A DNA stretch of 39,217 bases. Origin: Myxococcota bacterium. GTDB lineage: Bacteria; Myxococcota_A; SURF-8; G963663525. A model generated the notes under the pieces. That model had not been told where the DNA came from. It worked only from the letters and a program-made list of their open reading frames with translations, and did no database searches. The stretch spans positions 1 through 39,217 of the forward strand of contig CAXXVK010000048.1 of NCBI GenBank assembly GCA_963676915.2, written 5' to 3'. Below are positions 9,213 through 18,000 of the stretch, piece by piece. The position numbers and the translations under genes were made by a program. Each line of letters opens with the position of its first letter. The stretch's first letter is position 1.

Positions 9213-9261
9213 TAGCCCGAGTAATTCCCGAAAAATCTGTGACGACTTGAAAACTCTTGAT
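9213..9261 (-). repeat. Family A partial copy A4 (right end only, inverted)
   Basis: TAGCCCGAGTAATTCCCGAAAAATCTGTGACGACTTGAAAACTCTTGAT matches the reverse complement of the A1 right end, TAACCCGCATAATTCATGAAGAATCTACTACGACTTGAAAACTCTTGAT. Confidence 0.7.
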
Positions 9262-9283
9262 TTTGAATTCCCTCACTTTTTCC

Positions 9284-9331
9284 TTGACTTCATTCGGTAC
9301 ATACTTACACTTGTCTAGTATCAAAGTGGAC
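9284..9331 (+). promoter_or_regulatory. Putative sigma70 promoter and Rrf2 operator for rrf2-cysK
   Basis: TTGACT (9284-9289)-N16-TACACT (9306-9311), followed by the imperfect dyad GTCTAGT-N5-AGTGGAC (9313-9331). Confidence 0.4.
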
Positions 9332-9361
9332 TTTCTTGTTGTTCAAACTTCGGGTAACCTC

Positions 9362-9802
9362 ATGCGATTATCGACCAAAGGACGTTATGGATTGAAAGCA
9401 CTGTTGGAGTTGTCTATCAATTACGGAGAAGGTCCGGTATTGATGGGAACAATTGCCAAAAAACAGAACATTTCACGAAAATATCTGCACGCGATTCTGA
9501 CCTCGCTTAAAAGCGCAGGCATCGTTCGCAGTGTGCGCGGAGCCGGTGGAGGCTACGTGCTGGGCCGCGACCCGTCCACCATTCATCTGGACGAAGTATT
9601 GCGCGTGCTGGAAGGATCGATGTGCCTGATCGATTGTGTGGAAAACAACCAGATCTGTCCGGTTTCGGATTCCTGTATCGCACGGGAGGTCTGGTCGGAA
9701 TTGAGTCAATCCATTCAGGAGTACCTTGCCAATCTCAGTTTGGACGACCTCGCCCGCCGGGTGCGGGATAGGGAAGTCGGACAAATGATGTACTACATCT
9801 AA
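9362..9802 (+). CDS. Rrf2-family transcriptional regulator (IscR/CymR-like)
   Basis: [11 protein letters not shown]...ISRKYL...[13 protein letters not shown]; C-x6-C-x5-C triad ([15 protein letters not shown]); upstream of cysK. Confidence 0.9.
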   Translation: MRLSTKGRYGLKALLELSINYGEGPVLMGTIAKKQNISRKYLHAILTSLKSAGIVRSVRGAGGGYVLGRDPSTIHLDEVLRVLEGSMCLIDCVENNQICPVSDSCIAREVWSELSQSIQEYLANLSLDDLARRVRDREVGQMMYYI

Positions 9803-9924
9803 ACCGTTACCTGTATTCGCTCCTTGTGAAACACTGCTTCTCTTCACGAAAAGTACGAAACATCAGTATTTTCAATAAGGTGGAGTCAACACAAGGAGAC
9901 GATTTCTCGACGAAAGGATACGTC

Positions 9925-10857
9925 ATGGCAAATATTGCCGATACAATACTCGATACCATAGGAAATACCCCGCTGGTGCGCCTGCACAACGTGACGCGAG
10001 GGTCAATGGCTACCGTGCTGGTCAAACTCGAATTCTTCAATCCGGCATCCAGCGTCAAAGACCGCATCGGAGCGGCAATGGTCGAAGCTGCCGAGAAAGA
10101 AGGTAAAATCGGACCGGATACGGTACTTGTCGAACCCACCAGTGGAAATACCGGGATCGCACTGGCCTTCGTCTGCGCGTCCAAGGGAATTCCGCTGATG
10201 CTGACCATGCCCGACACCATGAGCCTCGAGCGGCGAAAGCTGCTCAAAGCCTTCGGGGCGCGGCTTGAACTGACTCCCGGCGGCGAGGGAATGCCCGGTG
10301 CCATCCGGCAGGCGGAAAAGCTTGTGAAGGAAAATCCTCACTACGTCATGCTTCAGCAATTCGCAAACCCCGCCAACCCGGAGATTCACCGCAAAACCAC
10401 AGCCGAGGAAATCTGGCGCGATACCGATGGGAACGTAGACATTTTCGTTGCCGGAGTCGGTACGGGTGGCTCGATCACCGGCGTTTCGGAAGCTTTGAAA
10501 GAGAAAAATCCCGAGATGAAGTCCGTGGCGGTCGAACCCCACGATTCCCCGGTATTGGCCGGAGGTCGTCCGGGCAAGCATAAAATCCAGGGTATCGGCG
10601 CGGGCTTTGTACCGGACGTACTCAACACCGCGATTCTCGACGAAATCATCGGAATCGAAAACGACGAAGCCGGGATCATGTCCCGAAGACTCGCGAGGGA
10701 AGAAGGTATTCTAGCCGGGATTTCCGCCGGGGCCAACGTCGCCGCCGCCGTGAAACTGGCGCATCGTGAGGAAAACCGGGGCAAGACCATCGTCACGTTG
10801 ATTCCGTCTTGCGGCGAACGCTATCTTTCGACCTGGCTGTTCGACGAACCCACGTAA
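9925..10857 (+). CDS. cysK: Cysteine synthase A
   Basis: [23 protein letters not shown] (PLP lysine), [52 protein letters not shown] before ATG 9925. Confidence 0.96.
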   Translation: MANIADTILDTIGNTPLVRLHNVTRGSMATVLVKLEFFNPASSVKDRIGAAMVEAAEKEGKIGPDTVLVEPTSGNTGIALAFVCASKGIPLMLTMPDTMSLERRKLLKAFGARLELTPGGEGMPGAIRQAEKLVKENPHYVMLQQFANPANPEIHRKTTAEEIWRDTDGNVDIFVAGVGTGGSITGVSEALKEKNPEMKSVAVEPHDSPVLAGGRPGKHKIQGIGAGFVPDVLNTAILDEIIGIENDEAGIMSRRLAREEGILAGISAGANVAAAVKLAHREENRGKTIVTLIPSCGERYLSTWLFDEPT

Positions 10858-10893
10858 TTCGTTGAAAAGGCTGAGGAAACAAACCATTCGGCC

Positions 10894-12084
10894 ATGATGC
10901 AGAAACGAAAAACAACGCTATCCCCGCAAAGACGACATCTTGTTTTTGCGGGGATTTTTCTATTGTTTTCGGTGTTGCTTGTTTCCTGCACGTTGGGAAG
11001 GATGATCCGCTACAACGATTCAGCGGTGGATGATTACAAGATTTTTCCCTACCGGGAACTTCATGCCTCGAAAAATCCTGCTCCGATTCCCAAAGACCCA
11101 ACCCCCGATGCTTTTCCCGCAACCTTCGAATTCGACGGGAAAACACAGGATTTCGACACTTTTCTGGAAACAAACGATACGCTGGCCTTTGTCGCGATCC
11201 GACACGGGAAAATTCTGGCCGAACGTTATTACAACGGACACTCGGCCACCTCGATTTCCCTGTCTTTTTCCATGGCGAAATCGTTTACCTCGATCCTCAT
11301 CGGTATGGCAATCGAAGACGGCTATCTTCGCTCGGAAAATCAAAAAGTTACGGAGTTCATACCGGAGTTGAAAGCCAACGGCTTCGACCGCGTGACGCTC
11401 CGCCATCTGCTGCAAATGACGTCGGGAAGCGATTACATCGAAGCGGATCACCCGTTTTGCGTCCATCCCTGGTATTATTACACCGAGGACATGACCTATT
11501 ACCTGACGCGAACCAAGATCCTCAAAGAACCCGGAACACAATGGCGCTACAAAAGCGGCGACAACGAGTTGCTGGCGTTGATCCTGCAACGGGTATTGCC
11601 GGAAGGCACGACGATCACCGACTACATGCAGCGAAAACTCTGGGAACCGCTGGGTATGGAAGACGACGCCCGCTGGAGCGTGGACCGGCTCCCGGATGGA
11701 TTGGAAAAAAGCTATTGCTGCGTAGCCGCCACGGCGCGGGACTTTGCTAAAATCGGTTTGCTGTATCTCAACGGTGGAGAATGGAACGGACGGCAGATCG
11801 TGCCCCGCGAATGGGTGGAGAAATCCACGAAACTCGATACGAGCGACGGCAGCCGGTGGAACTACCAGTACCAGTGGTGGAAGCTATCCGAAAGCGGTGA
11901 AGATTTTATGGCGGGAGGCTGGCTGGGCCAGTACATCTACGTTCATAAAACCTACGATCTCGTCCTGGTGCGGCTGGGCACAAGCTTCGGGGACATCGGT
12001 TTGAAAGGCTGGCGAAAGGTCTGGCCTGCCCTGGCGAAGAAACTTCAGGAGGAATCGCCTACGCTGCCGGAAAACTCACCGTGA
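10894..12084 (+). CDS. Beta-lactamase-fold serine hydrolase (class C/esterase-like), probable lipoprotein
   Basis: SxxK motif SMAK, LRHLLQMTSG, PGTQWRYKSG, WEPLGM, ARDFAKIG; lipobox-like LLVSC. Confidence 0.85.
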   Translation: MMQKRKTTLSPQRRHLVFAGIFLLFSVLLVSCTLGRMIRYNDSAVDDYKIFPYRELHASKNPAPIPKDPTPDAFPATFEFDGKTQDFDTFLETNDTLAFVAIRHGKILAERYYNGHSATSISLSFSMAKSFTSILIGMAIEDGYLRSENQKVTEFIPELKANGFDRVTLRHLLQMTSGSDYIEADHPFCVHPWYYYTEDMTYYLTRTKILKEPGTQWRYKSGDNELLALILQRVLPEGTTITDYMQRKLWEPLGMEDDARWSVDRLPDGLEKSYCCVAATARDFAKIGLLYLNGGEWNGRQIVPREWVEKSTKLDTSDGSRWNYQYQWWKLSESGEDFMAGGWLGQYIYVHKTYDLVLVRLGTSFGDIGLKGWRKVWPALAKKLQEESPTLPENSP

Positions 12085-13156
12085 ATTTCGAGCCTTTACC
12101 AGGCTCTGAAAAAACCTCGATATTGCCGTCATGAGCCATCATGATCTGCTTCACCATAAACAAGCCCATTCCGGTACCCGATTTTTTTGTCGTAAATCTT
12201 TCGTCGTAAATTTTCGGCAAAATCGTATCGGGGATGCCGTGACCGTTGTCCGCAATCGAAACCATCACTTTACAGTCCTGACACCAGGCTTTAAGAAAGA
12301 TTTTAGGATTTTCAATTCCATCAACAGCCTGCATCGCATTTACAAACAGGTTCGTAAAGACTCGCTTGATCTGATGCCCCTTGCATTTGATCGGTGGCAA
12401 ACCCTTCTCCAATTCCTTGGCAAAGTCGCCTGCGAACTTCAGTTTGTAAATGTCCATGGCTTGCAACAAGTTGTCAATCGGCACAACCGCTTCTGCCTCG
12501 CCAATATCGCGCAAGTAGTTTTTGAACCCGATGACGATCTCCGAACCGAGCTTTATGGAATCCATAACGCTTTCTATGCTTTTCAACACGTCCTGCCACT
12601 GTTCGTCCGTCTCGGGTCGTTGGGTGGGAATCAGTTCGAGCAGGTAGCTCATTAACAGCACGTTTGAGATATCGTGGGCCAAGCCACCGGCCATAATGCC
12701 GAGTTCCGCTTTCTGTATCAACAATTCCTTTTCGTGCTCTAGGATGGAAATGCTTTTTTCAAGCTTGTCTTTCTGTTGCTTGAGCAGCATATGATTCTTG
12801 ACCCGGACTTTGACCAATGGAACGCTAAAAGGTTTGTGAATATAATCTATCGCTCCAAGTTCCAGGCCAATGGCTTCGTCTTTCATTTCTCCCATAACGG
12901 TCACAAACAGGATCGGAATGTCTTTGGTCGCCTCATCCGCCTTGATACGCCGACAGACTTCGAAGCCGTCGATCCCCGGCATCATGACATCCAGCAGAAT
13001 CAAGTCAGGCGGGTTTGTCTTGACCAAATCAAGAGCCGAATACCCGTCGATTACGACTTCCACTTCGTAGTCGTCGCGCAGAGCCTCAACCAGAATGTCG
13101 ATATTCGCCGGTGTGTCGTCTACAATAAGTATTGTGCCTTTGTTTTCTTCCATCAC
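12059..13156 (-). CDS. Hybrid response regulator / histidine kinase (REC-HisKA-HATPase)
   Basis: ILIVDD...DLILLDVMMPGIDG...KP; H-box GLAHDISN; NLFVNAMQA, DNGHGI, FTTK, GTGMGL. Confidence 0.9.
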   Translation of the reverse strand: MMEENKGTILIVDDTPANIDILVEALRDDYEVEVVIDGYSALDLVKTNPPDLILLDVMMPGIDGFEVCRRIKADEATKDIPILFVTVMGEMKDEAIGLELGAIDYIHKPFSVPLVKVRVKNHMLLKQQKDKLEKSISILEHEKELLIQKAELGIMAGGLAHDISNVLLMSYLLELIPTQRPETDEQWQDVLKSIESVMDSIKLGSEIVIGFKNYLRDIGEAEAVVPIDNLLQAMDIYKLKFAGDFAKELEKGLPPIKCKGHQIKRVFTNLFVNAMQAVDGIENPKIFLKAWCQDCKVMVSIADNGHGIPDTILPKIYDERFTTKKSGTGMGLFMVKQIMMAHDGNIEVFSEPGKGSKFTVSFPAA

Positions 13157-13502
13157 AAACTCTTTGAAATGATTAGATTTTGTGAAAAATCCCGTCGATG
13201 TCCAACCTCAAACATTCACGGGGGCAAACGATTCAACTTGACTTCGTCTTTCTTGACGAAAGACCTCTAGCGATTTTTGCCCGGTAAAGAATGGAAATGA
13301 TCCGGGTGAGGTTATTGGTTGTTTTGACAACGAAGGTGGTTCAGAATCTACCGAGCAAATTTATGCTTAATAAATTTTCTGCTTTTTTGATTATATAATA
13401 ATCTCTGCATCCGAACAAGCCGTGGTTTGGTGAAATTGTCGAATGAAACCACCTGAACCATATCTTTTCCGAGGGCGTGAAACGTCAAAGATCGTCATTG
13501 CA

Positions 13503-13923
13503 GGGTGCATCACAAAATATTGCCACGCCTGTTTGGTGTAGATTTTCATAACCCTTAGAACATACAGAGAACTTCCCTCTCCTTGGGGCTGTCTGCTCGT
13601 CACAACTCGTCGTTGTCTGATTTGGATGATTATCGAGTAATTACAAGTGGTTACATCTTTTAGGATTGTGGCGCTAACAGACAACGGGTGCCATCGACCT
13701 TGTGGAGGAAAGCCCTAATCATAGTCTCACCGCCGAAGACGGCGAGGCTGTGAATTCTTCAAGAAAAGGTGAAATCTCTCCTTTTGCAACACAGTCTCCC
13801 GGACTTTCCAGTCCGTAAGACTATGGCAACCCAATTGTCTGTATTTACTATGTTTTTCAGGTTTATACCGAATAAACAGCCCTCTGGGAGAGGTTCTAGA
13901 ACCTAATTTTTTGTGATGCACCC
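13503..13923. mobile_element. MITE-like family B, copy B2 (421 bp)
   Basis: TIRs GGGTGCATCACAAAA / TTTTGTGATGCACCC; perfect 9-bp TSD GTCATTGCA at 13494-13502 and 13924-13932. Interior is unrelated to B1. Confidence 0.85.
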
Positions 13924-13951
13924 GTCATTGCATTATTTTAATTTTCACCCG

Positions 13952-13980
13952 TTGACGTCTTCTTCCGAACCTGCTATTGA
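13952..13980 (+). promoter_or_regulatory. Putative sigma70 promoter for the riboswitch transcript
   Basis: TTGACG-N17-TATTGA with a TG extended -10, ending 6 nt before the riboswitch closing stem. Confidence 0.4.
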
Positions 13981-13986
13981 ATAGAT

Positions 13987-14094
13987 GATTCGGAGCACAG
14001 GAAACCGGTGCGAATCCGGCGCGATCCCGTCACGGTGATCGGTGCGTTTCGAACGTCGTTCGATGCGCCCGTCAGCCCGATACTGGTCCGAATC
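13987..14094 (+). promoter_or_regulatory. Cobalamin (B12) riboswitch, short type
   Basis: Closing stem GATTCGGA/TCCGAATC; core AGGAAACCGGTGCGAATCCGGCGCGATCCCGTCACGGTGA; B12-box-like TCAGCCCGATACTG. A possible expression-platform stem follows at ~14110-14130. Confidence 0.8.
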
Positions 14095-14227
14095 GGTCAT
14101 TCTCTTTTACGCCTCGCGGACTGGGCGGGATGGGAGTCAGGTTTTCATAACCACTTGACTTTACACTCCTTTTCTCTTTCCTTTCTCCAAAAGGCACGAA
14201 CCGGTAGAGTTCAGAGGAGTATTGTGC

Positions 14228-14488
14228 ATGAAGACCGGAACCGTTCTTTTATTTGCCGGAACCTGCAATCTCGATAGCCGTTTCGACGACGATCACGCCG
14301 CCCGACAGTTGGGTCTGAACCCACATCTCGCCCTGTTCGCCGCCCGAAAAACCGGCTATTATTCCCTGCGTGACGCGCTACGACTGCTGGTGCAGAAAGG
14401 CTGCAAAAAAGTCGAAGCCGTCCACGTCATTCAAACCCTCGACGGACAGGTCAAACCCATCGGTGAAGCTGTTCATCTTTACGGGTAA
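14228..14488 (+). CDS. 86-aa hypothetical protein with CbiX/SirB chelatase-like fold, behind the B12 riboswitch
   Basis: AGGAG RBS. MKTGTVLLFAGT...LFAARKTGYYSLRDALRLLVQKGCKKV...KPIGE follows the short-CbiX pattern as I recall it, but the HGS histidine is missing. Confidence 0.65.
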   Translation: MKTGTVLLFAGTCNLDSRFDDDHAARQLGLNPHLALFAARKTGYYSLRDALRLLVQKGCKKVEAVHVIQTLDGQVKPIGEAVHLYG

Positions 14489-14498
14489 CTTGTTGAAA

Positions 14499-14686
14499 TC
14501 GAAGACATTATGGGAATGGAGAACCGGGTACCGAAGGCTGGATTCATCACCGTTTCTCCAGACCGATCCCTAAAGGGAATCCTTTGTTGAAAAGACCCTT
14601 TTCGGATGCATCACGGAAGCTATCGGTACACACGGTCTGGAGTCTCCACCTTCCGTCACGGTTCTCCATCCTCATGATGTCCTCGA
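14499..14686. ncRNA. Candidate structured RNA / long fold-back element
   Basis: 14499-14542 pairs with 14645-14686 over ~42 bp. Inner perfect 10-bp stem 14556-14565/14633-14642 closes a 67-nt region with small hairpins. Confidence 0.45.
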
Positions 14687-14738
14687 AGATTTGTCTTCGG
14701 GATTTAGAGGCTCTTCTTCTATCTGTTTTACAAAAGCG

Positions 14739-14843
14739 CACAATGTGCCCGATTTGCGTCACAATATTCCCGATTCTCGTCACAATGTGCTCGAACTTCG
14801 GCACATTGTGACGCAAAATCCACCCTTTGTGACCCCTGTTTTT
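14739..14843. repeat. 21-bp-period tandem array of imperfect palindromes
   Basis: Units CACAATGTGCCCGATTTGCGT, CACAATATTCCCGATTCTCGT, CACAATGTGCTCGAACTTCGG, CACATTGTGACGCAAAATCCA and a degenerate CCCTTTGTGACCCCTGTTTTT. Confidence 0.7.
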
Positions 14844-14971
14844 CGTGTTTTTGCGCCCTTTTGCGTGAAATGACCTACGGTCGATTTCGTACGTATTGAC
14901 GCAAATATTTGCGAAACAGCACGGTTTTTCCTACGATAAAATCCCTCGATATTCCTAAAATACCTGCCCAT

Positions 14972-14998
14972 AAAAAACGGCGGCCCGAAGGCCGCCGT
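14972..14998 (-). terminator. Rho-independent terminator of the giant gene
   Basis: Minus strand ACGGCGGCC-TTCG-GGCCGCCGT-TTTTT, starting 26 nt after the stop at 15025. Confidence 0.85.
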
Positions 14999-15024
14999 GC
15001 TGGGGTTGAACATCTACCCGAGGA

Positions 15025-18000
15025 CTACTCCTTGGGTGCCGGAGCCGCGCAACGGAAGCCGATGGTGTCGTACCCGAAGTCGGGATCGAGCGATCCACGG
15101 AACGGGCTGCGGTTGTACCGGGAGTCATCCTGGTACGAACCACCGCGCACCACCTTCATGCGGCAGTCTCGGATACAATCCGGATCGGATTCGCAACGGT
15201 ACTCGCAGCGCGTTTTGTCCACGAGGTCGAGCATCAGAGACGTAGACTCTTCGCTCTCGCGGGCCACGGTCGTGTCGTCCGGCGTGATCGGATACGGTCC
15301 GTACCAGTCCTGCACCCATTCGGCCACGTTGCCGGTGAGGTTGAAGATCTGGTTGTCGCGCCAGCAGATCTTGACGCCGCCACCACCCGGAAGCGTGTTG
15401 CATTCCCAGGTGTTGTCCTCTTCGTCTTCGGTACAGGTCGGATTCACCGTGGTACAGGTCTTGTGACAGTGCTTCACGCCGTCACCGTCGTAATCGCCGC
15501 ACAACGGGTGTTCCGCCGTACAATCCGCGTCGGTTTCGCAGGATTCACGCGTCCACTTGACCGCACCATTGTTCCAGTAATCCACATCGCTGGCGGAGCA
15601 TTCTCCCAGTGCGAGTTCCCGCTCTTCGAGGCTCATGACGGTCGGACCAACCGGGATGGTGTCGCCCTCGGCGTTGTCGAAGTGCGCGTGGTAGCACTTG
15701 GTGATGGTCATGGTGGAATCATGCGTGACCAGAGCCAGCGCACTGGCATCGGTTTCGTCCAGCGAGATGGTCTCGTCTTCCCACGGGAACATCGTCGGGT
15801 ACACCGGGTCCGAGTATGGTGCGTGGCGACGAGCCGCCGTCTCCCACATATGCTCGGTGGGCAGGTAACCGTGGTTCCACTTGCAGTACTGGTCGGCCAT
15901 GCTCCACGACACGTTGATGACGGGGTAATCGCTGTATGGAGCGACTTCCCAAGTCTGCTGGTCGTCGGATTTGCCCGAATCGTAGGTACCGATGGTGTAG
16001 TAGCTATCGCGCTGGTTGCTGTCCAGAGCCACGGGGTTGAACTCACAACCGACGGCGCAACGTCCCGTGGAGTCACAGAACATCTGCGGATCGATCGCTT
16101 CGCAGGTAGCATCCGGATCGCTCGACTCGGGATCGCAGTTGTACACAGGGCTTCCCGCATCGTTGAGGAAGTCGTCGTAAGCTTTGCGACACCAACGATA
16201 CTCGGCGTTCGAAACCTCTTTCTTGCCCATGTAGAACGGGTAGATCCGGTAACGGTGCGCCGCTTCGTCGTTGAAGCGCAATCCCTCGAGATAAGCATAG
16301 TCGCCCTCGGCATCGGGAAGACCGGCCATCCAGATGTCCGGCACATCGGCCAGCGGATCGGTCGGGATCTCATTGCCGGGCACGTATACCGCCCACTTCG
16401 GCGAAATGTCGATATTGATCTTGTACGGGTTGTACGGTTGAGCAACGAGGCTGTTGGGAGGTCCGGCCACACCGCAACGCAGGTCGTTGTCGGCATCGGT
16501 TTGCGCCCAATACAGCGTCGGGTTCTGATACGGATCTTCCGCACCGTTCGGATCGGGATCGGTCGGTCCGGAGTAGCTCCGCTTCAGGGTGTTGTTGCAA
16601 GCTCGTGCGTAGAAGTACCACACGCCGTTGAGCAGGTTCACGTAGCGCTTGTAATGGTCGCCGATATACGGATCGTACTCGGGATGCTCCGCGTTGCCTT
16701 CGAACGTCGTCGTGATGTCTCCCACATCCGGTCCGTACGTTTCACCCGGATACGGCGGCACGTTCACACCCACGAACTCATCGTCGGTCGGAGCGTACTC
16801 GCTAAGCTGGTAGATCACCTTCTGGATACGAGAAGCTCCGCCCTGATCTTCATCCACATGGATGATGTAACCGGGGTTCCGCGTCTCGAGCCGTTCGATG
16901 GTCCAGCGATCATCCTGGGAGGGGTGCGTATCGGACATCAAAGACACCTCAGGAGCGTTCACGTCGATCTTGACGCTGTACTTCACCGGGTTGTGCCACT
17001 GAGTGTCCCCATCGATGTAGGTACGACCCATGACGAAGAAGTAATAGTAGCCGCTACCCAGTCCGACACCCGTCACCGGTCTCAGTTCGGGATCAAGTCC
17101 CGTGTCGTTGGCCGGAATGTAGGTGCTGGTCAACTCGTTGGGGGATATTCCATCCCACTTGAGCCAACCGGGGCTGTGCGACGGCAGCGCCGGACAGACC
17201 GCATGATCCATCTCCGCCATCATCTCCGCCTTCTTGGCATCCCATTCCACTTCGGTGATCTCGTGATCCCATTTCTCCCACTTGTAGTTGTAGCAGTCCA
17301 TATCGGGGTTGGCACCGAAGTGGATACGAACGTTGTTCTGGTGATCCGAACCATTGTTCGCATACCAGGCCAACTCGTTCGGATGGGAGTACGACCAGAC
17401 TTTCGGGTACTCGCTGAAGGCCAGGTAGACCCGAATCTTGTACTCGCCGTAATCCGTACTCCAGATACCCGCCCGGTTACGGACCCTGGCGGTGAAGTAA
17501 TAGTAACCGTCCTGCAAGCCCCAACGGGCATCCGGGTCGTCGTAGTCTTCGTCCGATTCATAGCTTCCCTGATCGTCGCAAGCGTCGTAGGGAGCCGGGA
17601 CATCGGTACGATAGTAGTTGCTGCCCAGCGCCATCACGTCATCGCAGGAGTACTGCTTGTCGGGACTGTAGACGATGAACGGCTGCGACAGATCCGGCGG
17701 CTCGGCGGCCTCGGAAGGATTGATCGGCGGCGCTTCGGCGGAGTCACGATGCAGCACCCAGACGTACGCGTCGATTCCCGACGTGTCCGTGCCGTCCACG
17801 CTGAACTGCGGGAAGCTGTTCTTGGTGAGCAGGCCGTTGGGCGGGTGCGTGCTGGAGGTGATCGTCGGAGCTTCCGGTGCGGTGTTGTCGATACGTACCG
17901 TCAGTTTGATCGGATCGCTCCAGTGACCCATCGTCGAGTTGATCGCCGTGATATGGAAGTACCATTCGCCATCGGTGGTGAAGTTGGTCGTATCGTTCAA

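Noticed and set aside
9257-9924. ORF-track N-terminal extensions of Rrf2 (9257) and CysK (9826), likewise CheY (8971) and the barrel (5321)
   Set aside because: Family homology begins at downstream ATGs (9362, 9925, 8794, 5237), three of which have clear RBS.
10894-12084. True AmpC antibiotic-resistance beta-lactamase
   Set aside because: Has YKS rather than YxN and no KTG triad (AGG instead); fits the broad esterase/amidase-like serine hydrolase group.
14499-14686. 6S RNA, SRP RNA or retron msr-msd
   Set aside because: The internal loop is strongly asymmetric (13/2 nt) and the usual 6S gene context is absent; no SRP domain IV motif; no reverse transcriptase nearby.
14739-14843. CRISPR array
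   Set aside because: Contiguous degenerate 21-bp units with no unique spacers and no cas genes.
14917-14933. Sigma54 promoter CAGCACGGTTTTTCCT next to the 21-bp array
   Set aside because: Both the invariant GG and GC dinucleotides are mismatched and no plus-strand gene follows.
14490-15160. Complete diversity-generating retroelement at the FGE-domain tail
   Set aside because: No template repeat, RT or Avd-like gene in the window. The downstream hairpin has a U-tract and is explained as a terminator. Only the in-trans possibility is kept.
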